NCBI GenBank assembly: GCA_015522145.1
Contig: WAMV01000007.1
Span: forward strand, 15,470 to 79,469
Length of the DNA: 64,000 nucleotides
Source of the DNA: Candidatus Aenigmatarchaeota archaeon
GTDB lineage: Archaea > Aenigmatarchaeota > Aenigmatarchaeia > CG10238-14 > WAMV01
Reading direction: 5' to 3'
Shown here: piece after piece, positions 47,471 through 57,059 of the stretch
Numbering within the stretch: the first letter of the stretch is position 1
Layout: the number at the start of each line of letters is the position of its first letter
Program-made: the position numbers and the translations under genes
The notes under the pieces: model-generated
Told to the model about the DNA's origin: nothing
The model's database searches: none
Seen by the model: only the letters and a program-made list of their open reading frames with translations

Positions 47471-48702
47471 ACAAATCTACCAAGAGTTTTTTGTTTGTTG
47501 GTTAAAATGTTTAATGCTTTATCAACATCTTCTTCCAAAATCCTCATTATTTCTTCGTAGTCAATCAAATTAAAGTCAAACCCCATAGCTTCTAGATTCT
47601 TCCTTAGAATATTTGCGGAAATTTCCTCTATTGATAAAGATTTGTCCCTTATCTCCCTTAATAGCTCAATACTTTTCCTGTATTCCTCAGAAATTATTTC
47701 TTTAGAAATTTTGACTATGGCTTTTTCTTTGAATTGATTTTCTATCTTTTTTATATTAGCTTCCCATGTTTGGTTAGCTTTTGTAATTACTTTAACCTTT
47801 ATTATGGGTTTTTTAGAAAATTGCTGAGAAAGTGCTTTAGATATTTTCTCCTTTATATCATCTTCGCTTACAACATCCTTTCTAATCTCTAGATAAATGA
47901 ACTTTCTTTGATTTTTAAAGGGTATGAATTGAATATCAAAATTATTTTCGTTGATAGTTATTTTGTAGTACCCCTTTTCTTCCTCAGATTCGTTTTTTTC
48001 AAATTGAGTGACTATGGAGCTTCCTGTTATGAGTAGGGTTGTGTTCCCTATTTTATCAATAGCTTTTTTATGAACATGTCCATTTATAATCAAATCAAAA
48101 CCTTTTGGTAAATCCCCAATTCTAATGCTTGGTATGTCTAGGGGCGAATATACATAGGGGTGTACATTCTGATGAAGCATTAATATATTAAAAGCGTTCT
48201 CCAAAGGCTTTGGATTCCAATTTTGAAGCATTTGTAACGCATAAGCTTCTGGTACATTGCTCATACCAAATATAGCCACTTTCATGTCATCTTTCTCAAA
48301 AACCAATCTGTTTTGATGTAGATGGATTAAAAATCCTCCCCTCTCTAAAGCTTGAACGGGATTTATTTCACTTCTTGTTCTTCTTTCATGATTTCCATGC
48401 AAAGCAATAACAGGAATTGAGCTAAGAGTTTTTGATGAAGAATCGAGTAGCTCTTTATCTGCATCTATAAGCTTAATTTTGGATTTTCCTTTTAAAGGAA
48501 CTGAAAATACTTGCAAAGCTTTACCCCAAGTTGCTGTTCTTGGACTTCTGCTATCAAATATATCACCAGCTACCAGAATCAAATCACAATCCAGCATATT
48601 TTCAAAAGCTTCTCGAGCTAACTCAAAGCTATCGTTTTCATACTCTGTATTGTAACCAAAACCCAGGTGCAAATCTGAAATTACTCCAATCTTTATAGAC
48701 AT
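47467..48702 (-). CDS. mre11: DNA double-strand break repair nuclease Mre11
   Basis: ISDLHLG, GDIFDSR and HGNHE phosphoesterase motifs. Confidence 0.9.
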   Translation of the reverse strand: MSIKIGVISDLHLGFGYNTEYENDSFELAREAFENMLDCDLILVAGDIFDSRSPRTATWGKALQVFSVPLKGKSKIKLIDADKELLDSSSKTLSSIPVIALHGNHERRTRSEINPVQALERGGFLIHLHQNRLVFEKDDMKVAIFGMSNVPEAYALQMLQNWNPKPLENAFNILMLHQNVHPYVYSPLDIPSIRIGDLPKGFDLIINGHVHKKAIDKIGNTTLLITGSSIVTQFEKNESEEEKGYYKITINENNFDIQFIPFKNQRKFIYLEIRKDVVSEDDIKEKISKALSQQFSKKPIIKVKVITKANQTWEANIKKIENQFKEKAIVKISKEIISEEYRKSIELLREIRDKSLSIEEISANILRKNLEAMGFDFNLIDYEEIMRILEEDVDKALNILTNKQKTLGRFV

Positions 48703-48740
48703 AATTAACTTTTTATAAGAAACTAATTAATCTTAAGTAT

Positions 48741-50132
48741 ATGCGCAGCCTCAGTTTATCTAATATCTTGTTTTACGGTAGCGCTCTAACAATTTCCTTT
48801 CTGATATTGACTTTCATTTCACCCTTTAATCTAACTCTATTTGTCCAATATTATTTATCAAGTAGACCTGACATAGTCCTCATGGGATTAATTGTAATAG
48901 TGGCATTTTCTTACTCCTTATCGTATTTCATGGAATATTTAGCAAAGAGATTTGAATTCTTGTTAAAACCTTATAAAAATTTGTTTGTTGTCAGCTCTGT
49001 TGTGTTTTACATAATTTCATTTGTTTTAATGTTAGGCAACACATCTTACAACATTTTTTCTTATGTTGAGATGAACAACTTCATTTATACACTTCTCAAC
49101 TTTATTCTTTTAGCTCCTATTATAGCATATACATCCCTCTTTCTAGTCAACATTTTTGCATCAATAAAAGACAATACCATCAGGACATTTGGATCAGGCG
49201 GTCTACTAGCAGGCTTATTTTCAATGGGTTGTCCTACATGTGGTGCATTACTCTACTCACTAATAGGATTGAGTGCGGGCTTAACCTTATTTCCATTAAA
49301 CGGGCTAGAGATAAGGCTTGTCTCTCTTGGTCTCTTAGTTTATGCTTCCACAAAAATAACTCCTAAATTGTGTAAAGAATGTTTAGCTCCTAGAAGAAAA
49401 AACCAATTTGAAATAGTCGGCACAAGACCTTTGTTTGATAGTATAACAGACAAAATAATTCTAATTTCCTTTGTTGCCATGATTGGTTTAATAGGTTTTA
49501 ACCAACTACAAATACAAATGATAAACTCTTCTATTACATCACTTTCTTTAGCAGCTTTCGGAAGAGTTTCGGGAGCAAATTTAGATAATGTTGATGTTTA
49601 TAAAGTAAGTTCAACGGCTATGGCTATAGCTACGGTATTTCCAGAAATAAAGTCTGTATCTAGTATAGATGAAATAGCAAGTATTTTAATTCCAACCGGG
49701 ACCCCAGAATATAGTGAAGCTTTAGGAGGCATCACTTTTGATGATATTCCAAATTCATTAACATATTTATCCCGATGGTATTTCCAATTGAAAGATGAAG
49801 TAAAGAATAACGATCCCGAAACATGGCAGAGATACTTGAAGTTGGCAGCAGCTCCAAGAGGCATTAGCTGTGAGTTTTGTTGTGGTGTAGGACCTCAAGG
49901 TATAACTAGTGATGGAAACTTGAGATGTGGATGCTCGCATAATATTGCGTTACAAGCTTTAACATTAGGATTAATGAAGTACACGGATTATAGTGATGCT
50001 GAAATATTAAGAGAAGTGTTAAGATGGAAGGCGGCTTTCTTCCCAAGAGGAATGGTTAATCTAGCTGCCCAGACAATAGGCCAAGATCCCTCCCAGTTGG
50101 GTTCTCTTCCTGGAATGGTTGGTGGTTGCTAA
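48741..50132 (+). CDS. Polytopic membrane protein with intramembrane GCPTCG motif, Cys-rich C-terminal domain and ...LPGMVGGC* terminus
   Basis: About 8 TM. CPTC sits in a TM segment. CEFCCGVGP and CGCSHN clusters. The terminal motif is shared with the next ORF. Confidence 0.45.
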   Translation: MRSLSLSNILFYGSALTISFLILTFISPFNLTLFVQYYLSSRPDIVLMGLIVIVAFSYSLSYFMEYLAKRFEFLLKPYKNLFVVSSVVFYIISFVLMLGNTSYNIFSYVEMNNFIYTLLNFILLAPIIAYTSLFLVNIFASIKDNTIRTFGSGGLLAGLFSMGCPTCGALLYSLIGLSAGLTLFPLNGLEIRLVSLGLLVYASTKITPKLCKECLAPRRKNQFEIVGTRPLFDSITDKIILISFVAMIGLIGFNQLQIQMINSSITSLSLAAFGRVSGANLDNVDVYKVSSTAMAIATVFPEIKSVSSIDEIASILIPTGTPEYSEALGGITFDDIPNSLTYLSRWYFQLKDEVKNNDPETWQRYLKLAAAPRGISCEFCCGVGPQGITSDGNLRCGCSHNIALQALTLGLMKYTDYSDAEILREVLRWKAAFFPRGMVNLAAQTIGQDPSQLGSLPGMVGGC

Positions 50133-50166
50133 AAATTTAAAAGGTATATAAACCATTTATATTGTT

Positions 50167-50406
50167 ATGAAAAGCAGGCAGAAGTTTGTTAGTGGCTGGG
50201 TTTTAATTCTAATTACATTAGTAATGATAACAATAACAGCTGTACAAGCTTATCAGTTAATGAACCTTCAGTCTCAAATTTTAACACTGTCCGAATCTTT
50301 AAAAGAATATAAGCCAGTCACGTCAACTTTATCTTCACCAGGTTCAAGCACTTCTCTCCTTCAGCAAAATTTACAAAATTTACCATCTATGGTAGGCGGT
50401 TGTTAG
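50167..50406 (+). CDS. Small single-pass membrane protein ending ...LPSMVGGC*
   Basis: 79 aa with N-terminal TM. The last 12 residues align with the C-terminus of the upstream protein. Confidence 0.4.
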   Translation: MKSRQKFVSGWVLILITLVMITITAVQAYQLMNLQSQILTLSESLKEYKPVTSTLSSPGSSTSLLQQNLQNLPSMVGGC

Positions 50407-50420
50407 AGAGGTGAATTAAG

Positions 50421-51800
50421 TTGAAAATGAAAAAACAAAAACTCTACTTTATATTTTTCGTTTCTATTCTTTTTGTTTTAGTCGTTTATAATTATTATTT
50501 GGCTCAACACACACAAACTCTAATTAATTTGGTTAATAGCCAAATCGAGGAGTTAAAAAAGCCCGTTAACTTAAAAATGATTATAATAGATGCCAATTGT
50601 GATGTTTGTTTCGATATAAAAGAGGTTGTAGATAACATTAGAAGTAATGAAAGAATAAACGTAACAGAAGTCGAAGTTTATTCTTTAACTGACAGTGATG
50701 TTAGAGCTCTAGTTTTATCATATTCCATAGATAGGCTTCCAACCGTGATACTAGAGGGTGAAATAGATAAAGTTCAGCTAGCAGGTTTTGAGAATAAAGG
50801 AAGCGCTTTAGTATTTACTGCTATAAACCCTCCCTACTACGATACTAAAAGTAAGAAAGTAGTTGGTTTAGTTAAAGCCATATACATAAATGCCAGTTAC
50901 TGTGATTTGTGTCGAGAAAATTATCAGACCATAGAATTTCTAGAGCAAAATGGTGTTGTTTTTGAATCTAAGCTTTTCTTAGATATAAACTCTTCACAGG
51001 CCCAACAAATAATAAACACATATAATTTAAAGAGTATTCCGGTGTTATTGTTATCTCAAGACATAGAAGCTTATAACATACAATTATCTGACTTAGGCCT
51101 AAATAAAGTGAATGATTTCTATATTGTCTATTCAGCACCACCTTATGTAGATTCTGAAAGTGGTGAGATTAGAGGCTTAGCTGAGCTTATTCTTTTGAGA
51201 AACAGTTCTTGCGACCAATGTTATGATGTTTCAATACATTCGGAGATTTTAAGAAATAGGTTTGGTGTAGCTATTATTAACGAAACTTATGTTGAAGTAG
51301 ATTCGGAATTTGGTCAACAACTCATTTCTAAGTATAATATAACAAAGATTCCAACGATCATAATTTTGGGTGATTTAGAACCATACACAGCTCTTAATAA
51401 TATATGGCCTAATGTGGGAAGCATTGAAAATGATGGAGCTTATGTTTTTAGAAATATGGATGCTTTGGGTAATGCTGTTTATATAGATCTAACGTTAAAC
51501 AAAATTGTTGGAGCTGAAGAAGTTAGAGAAATAGTAATAGCAGGTTCCGACTTCAACTTTACTCCCAACGAGATTAGAGTAAAAGTAGGTGAAAAGGTTA
51601 GAATAGTGTTTAGAAATGAAGGTGAAGTTGGACATAATTTGGTCATAGAAGGTTATAATATAGGAACTAATGTCATTCCGTCTGGGGCGACACAACCAAT
51701 AGAGTTTGTAGCAGACCAAGTAGGAGAGTTTGCATTCTACTGTAGTGTACCGGGTCACAGAGATTTAGGGATGGAAGGTTTGCTAATAGTTGAAGAGTAA
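50421..51800 (+). CDS. Secreted multidomain redox protein: three thioredoxin-like domains (CDVC, CDLC, CDQC) plus a C-terminal type-1 copper cupredoxin domain
   Basis: Each repeat has CDxC followed by a cis-Pro loop (RLPTVIL, SIPVLLL, KIPTIIIL). The C-terminal HNLVIE...FYCSVPGHRDLGM matches plastocyanin/azurin ligands. Confidence 0.6.
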   Translation: MKMKKQKLYFIFFVSILFVLVVYNYYLAQHTQTLINLVNSQIEELKKPVNLKMIIIDANCDVCFDIKEVVDNIRSNERINVTEVEVYSLTDSDVRALVLSYSIDRLPTVILEGEIDKVQLAGFENKGSALVFTAINPPYYDTKSKKVVGLVKAIYINASYCDLCRENYQTIEFLEQNGVVFESKLFLDINSSQAQQIINTYNLKSIPVLLLSQDIEAYNIQLSDLGLNKVNDFYIVYSAPPYVDSESGEIRGLAELILLRNSSCDQCYDVSIHSEILRNRFGVAIINETYVEVDSEFGQQLISKYNITKIPTIIILGDLEPYTALNNIWPNVGSIENDGAYVFRNMDALGNAVYIDLTLNKIVGAEEVREIVIAGSDFNFTPNEIRVKVGEKVRIVFRNEGEVGHNLVIEGYNIGTNVIPSGATQPIEFVADQVGEFAFYCSVPGHRDLGMEGLLIVEE

Positions 51801-51853
51801 GCAAAGCTTTTATAAATCATACTACAATATTTTATCAATACTTTTTAAGGTGG

Positions 51854-52486
51854 TTGCTCCTTATGGAAATGAAAAATTTGGTTAAGAAAACTGGTACAAC
51901 AACAGTGGGTATTGTATGCAAGGATGGTGTAGTGGTGGCTGCAGAAAAAAAAGCTACTATGGGTCATCTAGTAGCTTCTAAAGAGGCAAAGAAAATATTT
52001 GCCCTAAACGATAGAATAATGCTCACAACAGCTGGACTATCTGCAGATAATGATTCATTGGTTAGAGTACTTAGAGCAGAAATAAAGCTCTATGAATTGC
52101 AACATAAGAAAAGAATAAGCGTTGGTGCTGCAGCAACTTTGCTTTCAAACATACTTTACTCTGGTAGGTGGACATTCATACCTTACATGGTTCAACTGAT
52201 AATAGCTGGTATTGATGAAAAACCAAGGCTATATGATTTAGATGCTTATGGAGCCAAAGAAGAACAAACAACGTTTTTTGCTACAGGCTCTGGTTCACCT
52301 TTTGCTCTTGGCGTTTTGGAAGCTGGTTATAGTAGGGATATAAGCGTGAAGGAAGCTGAAGAGTTGGCAATAAAAGCAATAAAATCTGCTGTTGAAAGAG
52401 ATATAGGCTCTGGAGGAAATGCTATAGATATTGGTATAGTAACTGAGAGAGGTATAGAGATTAAGACAATTCCTTTGCAGAAATAA
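51854..52486 (+). CDS. psmB: Proteasome subunit beta
   Basis: Propeptide, then TTTVGIVCKDGVVVA, the Thr1 nucleophile context. Confidence 0.9.
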   Translation: MLLMEMKNLVKKTGTTTVGIVCKDGVVVAAEKKATMGHLVASKEAKKIFALNDRIMLTTAGLSADNDSLVRVLRAEIKLYELQHKKRISVGAAATLLSNILYSGRWTFIPYMVQLIIAGIDEKPRLYDLDAYGAKEEQTTFFATGSGSPFALGVLEAGYSRDISVKEAEELAIKAIKSAVERDIGSGGNAIDIGIVTERGIEIKTIPLQK

Positions 52487-52517
52487 AAATTAATTTTCCT
52501 TTTGGAGGTGAAGAATT

Positions 52518-54389
52518 TTGGAAATTCTAGAGAAGCTTAAGGAAATTTTCCCAAAGGGAAGTATAAGCAAGATTGAGTTAGAGGCATCTGAAATTATAGT
52601 CTACACAAAAAACAAAGAGTTTTTCTTAAATTATGAGCCTTACGTTAAGGAAGCCGTAAGTCAGTTAAAGAAGAGAATTGAAGTCAGAGCTGAAAAAGAG
52701 TTGCTTATGGAAAAATCTGAAACTAAAAAGAAAATACAGGAAATTGTGCCTAAAGAGGCTCAGATAAACAAAATATATTTTGAGCCTGAGAGAAGCATAG
52801 TAATAATCTCTGCTGTAAAACCTGGCTTAGTTATAGGCAAAGGAGCAGAGAACCTTAAGAAAATAAAAAAATCCACTTTCTGGACGCCACGTGTAGAGAG
52901 AATTCCGCCAATAAAGTCTGATGTGGTAGCTGCTATAAGAAAGATGATGCACACAGAAATTAGATTCAGAAAAAAGTTTTTGAACAATGTTGGTAAGAGA
53001 ATTTTTGAAAAAAGAGAAACGAATAGGAAGTGGGTAAGGATAATTGGCTTAGGTGGGTGGGGGGAAGTTGGCAGAAGTTGTACGCTTGTAGAAACTCCTA
53101 AATCCAAGGTGCTTATAGATTGTGGTATAAGTGTTGGTGGCAAAGATCCAAACACAATGTATCCTTATCTTTACACAAAAGAGTTTGATCCTAATGAAAT
53201 AGATGCCATAATTTTAAGCCATGCCCACTTAGACCATTGTGGAATGATACCTTATTTGTATGAGATGGGTTATGACGGGCCTCTTTATGCAACTACACCA
53301 ACAATAGATTTGTTTGCTTTGCTATCATTGGATTATATAGACGTGTTGCAAAAAAGTGGTAAAAATCCTATCTACACAGCTAAAGGTGTTAAGGAAGCGG
53401 TTAGACATGCTATAATGCTTGAGTATAATGAAGTTACAGATATAAGCCCAGACATAAGATTAACTTTCCAAAATGCTGGCCATATATTGGGCTCAGCTTT
53501 GGTTCATTTGCACATAGGTAATGGGTTGCACAACATACTTTACGCTTTAGACCAGAAATTTGGAAGGAGTAATTTGCTAGAGCCTGCTTCAACAAATTTC
53601 CAAAGAGTTGAGACCTTGATAATAGAATCAACTTACGGTGCTAAAGAAGATGTGATGCCTCCTAGAGCTGAAGTAGAAAAACAATTAATGGAAGTTGTCA
53701 ACAGAACGATGGAAAGGAATGGTATTGTGCTCATTCCAAGCTTTTCCGTAGAAAGGGCTCAGGAAGTTATGGTAATACTGGCTAAGCATGGTTTTAGCTA
53801 TCCTGTTTACTTAGATGGTATGATTTGGGATGCTAACGGTATATTTACCGCATACCCAGAATATTTGTCAAAGTATATGCAAAAGCTTATTTTTAGTGGC
53901 AATGACCCATTCACAAACCCAATTTTTAAGAGAATAACAACAAGGCAAGAAAGAGAAAAGGTTTGGGAAGATAGACCTTGTGTAATAATTTCTACCAGCG
54001 GAATGCTTGTTGGAGGCCCAGCAATAGAGCACTTAAAGCATTTAGGTGGAGATGAAAGAAACACATTAGTTTTTGTAGGATTCCAAGCAGAAGGTACTTT
54101 AGGTAGGAGAATACAACGTGGCTTAAGGGAAATTCCTTTTGAAAACGATGAAGGTAAAACTGAAGTGCTCGAGCTAAAAATGGAGGTTGTTAGCATAGAA
54201 GGTTTGTCTGGCCACTCTGACAGAAGGCAACTGCTTGCATATGTTAATAATTTGCCTGTTAAGCCAAGAAAAATAATTTTGGTGCACGGAGATTACAGAA
54301 AAATGATAAGCTTGCAAGCCGCTTACCAAAAACTTTTTGGAATAGAAACTTACAGGCCAATAAATCTTGAAAGCATAAGAGTTGTTTAG
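52518..54389 (+). CDS. aCPSF1 / FttA (KH-KH-MBL-beta-CASP ribonuclease, transcription termination factor)
   Basis: Two N-terminal KH domains, HAHLDHCG motif, beta-CASP domain, 623 aa. Confidence 0.85.
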   Translation: MEILEKLKEIFPKGSISKIELEASEIIVYTKNKEFFLNYEPYVKEAVSQLKKRIEVRAEKELLMEKSETKKKIQEIVPKEAQINKIYFEPERSIVIISAVKPGLVIGKGAENLKKIKKSTFWTPRVERIPPIKSDVVAAIRKMMHTEIRFRKKFLNNVGKRIFEKRETNRKWVRIIGLGGWGEVGRSCTLVETPKSKVLIDCGISVGGKDPNTMYPYLYTKEFDPNEIDAIILSHAHLDHCGMIPYLYEMGYDGPLYATTPTIDLFALLSLDYIDVLQKSGKNPIYTAKGVKEAVRHAIMLEYNEVTDISPDIRLTFQNAGHILGSALVHLHIGNGLHNILYALDQKFGRSNLLEPASTNFQRVETLIIESTYGAKEDVMPPRAEVEKQLMEVVNRTMERNGIVLIPSFSVERAQEVMVILAKHGFSYPVYLDGMIWDANGIFTAYPEYLSKYMQKLIFSGNDPFTNPIFKRITTRQEREKVWEDRPCVIISTSGMLVGGPAIEHLKHLGGDERNTLVFVGFQAEGTLGRRIQRGLREIPFENDEGKTEVLELKMEVVSIEGLSGHSDRRQLLAYVNNLPVKPRKIILVHGDYRKMISLQAAYQKLFGIETYRPINLESIRVV

Positions 54390-55651
54390 AAAGGATAGGA
54401 AAGAGCAAGAGTAAATCTGAAAACTTCAAACATGTCTTGGTTGTAGGTTATAATGTAATCCTGAAAAACTCCATACTTCAAATAAGTTGGTATTTGCTCT
54501 TTTTTGTTGCTTGCCCAAATGATTAAAGCTTTAACTAAGTTAGCTTCAGCGTCATCTAATCCGTTTTTGAAAATGTTGAATGTCCAGGCTACTCTTTCTT
54601 GATTTCTCTCGTCTACTATAACTACAGGATATTCATGCGTTTGGTTTTTTGCAACAATTAAAATTCTTGTTTCATCATTATCGCTAGGTTGCATGAAAGC
54701 AAAACTATTTGGTAAGTAATTTTGGTATGAGAAATTTCTGTAGCTCAGTGTAACGAAGGTTTTGTTATAGCCAATATAGTTTAAGAACATGGTTTGAGAT
54801 TCTATAGAGAAAAGGCTACCTAGGGTTGTGTTTGCATCCAGGTCACCATTTCCGTCAGAATCATAATAAACAAACGTTGAATTACAGATTAAAAATCTAT
54901 GAGACCTAGAATAAAAGTCCAGAAAGAATTCTCTAGTTTCTGGATCACAGCCAGCTAGAGAAAAGGATGGTGTAGTGTTAAAGAATAAAGGCAAGTAAAC
55001 CAGATACTTATAAGCTTTGTAAGATTCGTAGCTAACATTTTTTGGTTTTATGATTGTTAGGTTAAGGTTGTTGTTTGCAATAGTTCCTGAATAGTTAAAA
55101 TTAAAGATTAATTTGTGTGTTTCATCTGGCTCTTGAATAATATCACTGAATTCAACTATACCATTTCCAGATGAAAGATATCTTTGCAATTCCTTTCTAT
55201 AGGGCGTTAAATTTTTGTATCCTATAATAACCAAAACGTCTGAAGACGGAATTTTGTCCAGATTTGTTTGGACAAAATTCAGAGTTACTGTTCGATTGTT
55301 GAAAAATAAAGTTTGTGTTTTGGAGAGTTCATTTATTTGAGCCTCGCTACAATTGCATGCTACTATTATCGTTTTTTTCAAAGCTCCTTGTGTGGAGCTG
55401 GCTGGAAGTAATGTAAAATTCTCATACTTAAGGTAAGAAAGAATATAGTTTTCCAGAGATATTTTGTCAAAAGCATAATGATAGCTAAGATTTTTCGCTT
55501 CAAGGGTCGAAAGAATATCCCTAGCAAAAATAACTAGCTTGGCTTGCTCCCAATAATTCTCAAAACTGAGATCTGGTAGAATATATGAAATGGCTATGAA
55601 TAAAATTACGCTGGCTGTAATCAGTTCTAGTACGGAAACTATGCCCTTCAT
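54386..55651 (-). CDS. Large pilin-like/pilus-associated secreted protein with class III-type signal (MKG|IVSVLEL...)
   Basis: Short basic N-terminus plus about 22 hydrophobic residues. 421 aa with many N-x-S/T sequons. Last gene of the pilus operon. Confidence 0.4.
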   Translation of the reverse strand: MKGIVSVLELITASVILFIAISYILPDLSFENYWEQAKLVIFARDILSTLEAKNLSYHYAFDKISLENYILSYLKYENFTLLPASSTQGALKKTIIVACNCSEAQINELSKTQTLFFNNRTVTLNFVQTNLDKIPSSDVLVIIGYKNLTPYRKELQRYLSSGNGIVEFSDIIQEPDETHKLIFNFNYSGTIANNNLNLTIIKPKNVSYESYKAYKYLVYLPLFFNTTPSFSLAGCDPETREFFLDFYSRSHRFLICNSTFVYYDSDGNGDLDANTTLGSLFSIESQTMFLNYIGYNKTFVTLSYRNFSYQNYLPNSFAFMQPSDNDETRILIVAKNQTHEYPVVIVDERNQERVAWTFNIFKNGLDDAEANLVKALIIWASNKKEQIPTYLKYGVFQDYIITYNQDMFEVFRFTLALSYPF

Positions 55652-56149
55652 TCAATCACCTACTGAAACTATGAGCGTTGCTTCTGTATTATTAACTATT
55701 ACAAATCTTGTTAAGCTAGCTTTTTCCCTTAACTTGCCAAGACAGCTCAGATACAGTATTTTTTTATCAGAAGAAAAAATTGTTAAAGAAAAATTGTAAT
55801 TAGAGGCTAGAAGGTTTTTAACAAGAGAGTAATTGGACTGACATGTCTGATTTAACTGTGTTATTTTCTCTATAGATAGATAGTTTGACATATTATAGTT
55901 TTCGTCCATTAACCCAATGTAAATTATTTGTGAAGCTGGTAAGGTTTGCCAATTTGCAGGCTTGCCTGGTGTTGCAACTAGCAATTGGGAAATTCTGTAA
56001 GCTTCTGTGTTGAAGATTTGAAGCTCTTCGGCTTGTGAAAAATATATGTGATAAGGCAAAAGTTGTATGAATAAATAAGATATTAGGATTATGAAAACTC
56101 CCAGAGCTAGATAAAAGTCATAGCTGATTTGGGATTTATAGTAAGACAC
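55652..56149 (-). CDS. Pilin-like protein (KS|Q-hydrophobic N-terminus)
   Basis: MSYYKSQISYDFYLALGVFIILI... The Q at +1 resembles DUF361-type archaeal pilins. Confidence 0.35.
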   Translation of the reverse strand: MSYYKSQISYDFYLALGVFIILISYLFIQLLPYHIYFSQAEELQIFNTEAYRISQLLVATPGKPANWQTLPASQIIYIGLMDENYNMSNYLSIEKITQLNQTCQSNYSLVKNLLASNYNFSLTIFSSDKKILYLSCLGKLREKASLTRFVIVNNTEATLIVSVGD

Positions 56150-57059
56150 CCAACCTCACCATAACACTAAACGTTGCTATAGTTATGCCCAACATAATTG
56201 TGCTATGCTTTAAGCCAGCTATGTAAGAGTTTTCTGTTATCTGACCCACAACCAAACCTGCAAAGAAAGCCTGTATGACAGCCATGTAAAAGAATAAGGA
56301 TAAATAGTAGGATGAGGGGGAGGCAGGATCTACAGAGAATAGGTTTGATGAGGTTGATTCATAAAGAGAGCAGATGTAGCAACTTAAGTCTACACAGGTA
56401 TTACATGGATTCTGTATTCCTAGTTCTGGAACCTCTACTAACGTTGAGAGAAACATGGGCATGATAAGCCTGTTTATGCTTACTATGATTACTATAAAAA
56501 TCAGAGTTATTGCATAGATTACTAAAACATATTGGTTTATGATACTTCTCTTCTCCTTTTCCGCTTCTTCAAGCATCCTTAGATTGTTTACAACAGAGTC
56601 TAGAGTAGAAACTAGATCTCCGCCAAGCAGGTAAGCTTCTTTGATTATTTCAACGCTTCCCGCAATTCTTCTAGATTTTACTTTTTTGGCAAACTCTGTT
56701 AAAACTTTTTCTACCGGTATCCCCCAGCTAATTTTGTTGGCCATGCTTTCTACTTCTTTGGAAAGTCTTCCATAATTTATCTTCTTTAGGTTGTATATTG
56801 CTTCCGACAAAGACATGCCAGACCTTATGTTTTCTTGCAAGTCCCTAACAAAAACTGGAAACTTTTCTTCCATTTCTCTTATTTCTTTATGAGCTTGGTA
56901 TCTGAGAAAAACCGCAACTATAAAAAGCTCTACGCTGGCAAACAATATCATATTGCCTAAAACTCCTACATCAGAACTTAAATAACCAAAGAAAATCATT
57001 ATGCTGGCTAATAAAATTGCTATTAATATTATTTGCGTGTTTTTGCTTATTTTCATCAT
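56136..57059 (-). CDS. Type II/IV secretion system membrane platform protein (TadC/FlaJ C-terminal-half-like, one T2SSF domain)
   Basis: TM, cytoplasmic helical domain, then 2-3 TM. Overlaps the upstream partner by 4 nt. Confidence 0.6.
   Translation of the reverse strand: MMKISKNTQIILIAILLASIMIFFGYLSSDVGVLGNMILFASVELFIVAVFLRYQAHKEIREMEEKFPVFVRDLQENIRSGMSLSEAIYNLKKINYGRLSKEVESMANKISWGIPVEKVLTEFAKKVKSRRIAGSVEIIKEAYLLGGDLVSTLDSVVNNLRMLEEAEKEKRSIINQYVLVIYAITLIFIVIIVSINRLIMPMFLSTLVEVPELGIQNPCNTCVDLSCYICSLYESTSSNLFSVDPASPSSYYLSLFFYMAVIQAFFAGLVVGQITENSYIAGLKHSTIMLGITIATFSVMVRLGVLL

Noticed and set aside
57056-57059. Possible frameshift splitting a single FlaJ gene
   Set aside because: The two T2SSF ORFs overlap by ATGA in the translational-coupling pattern and each has its own start. 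A genuine two-gene (TadB/TadC-like) arrangement fits better than a pseudogene.
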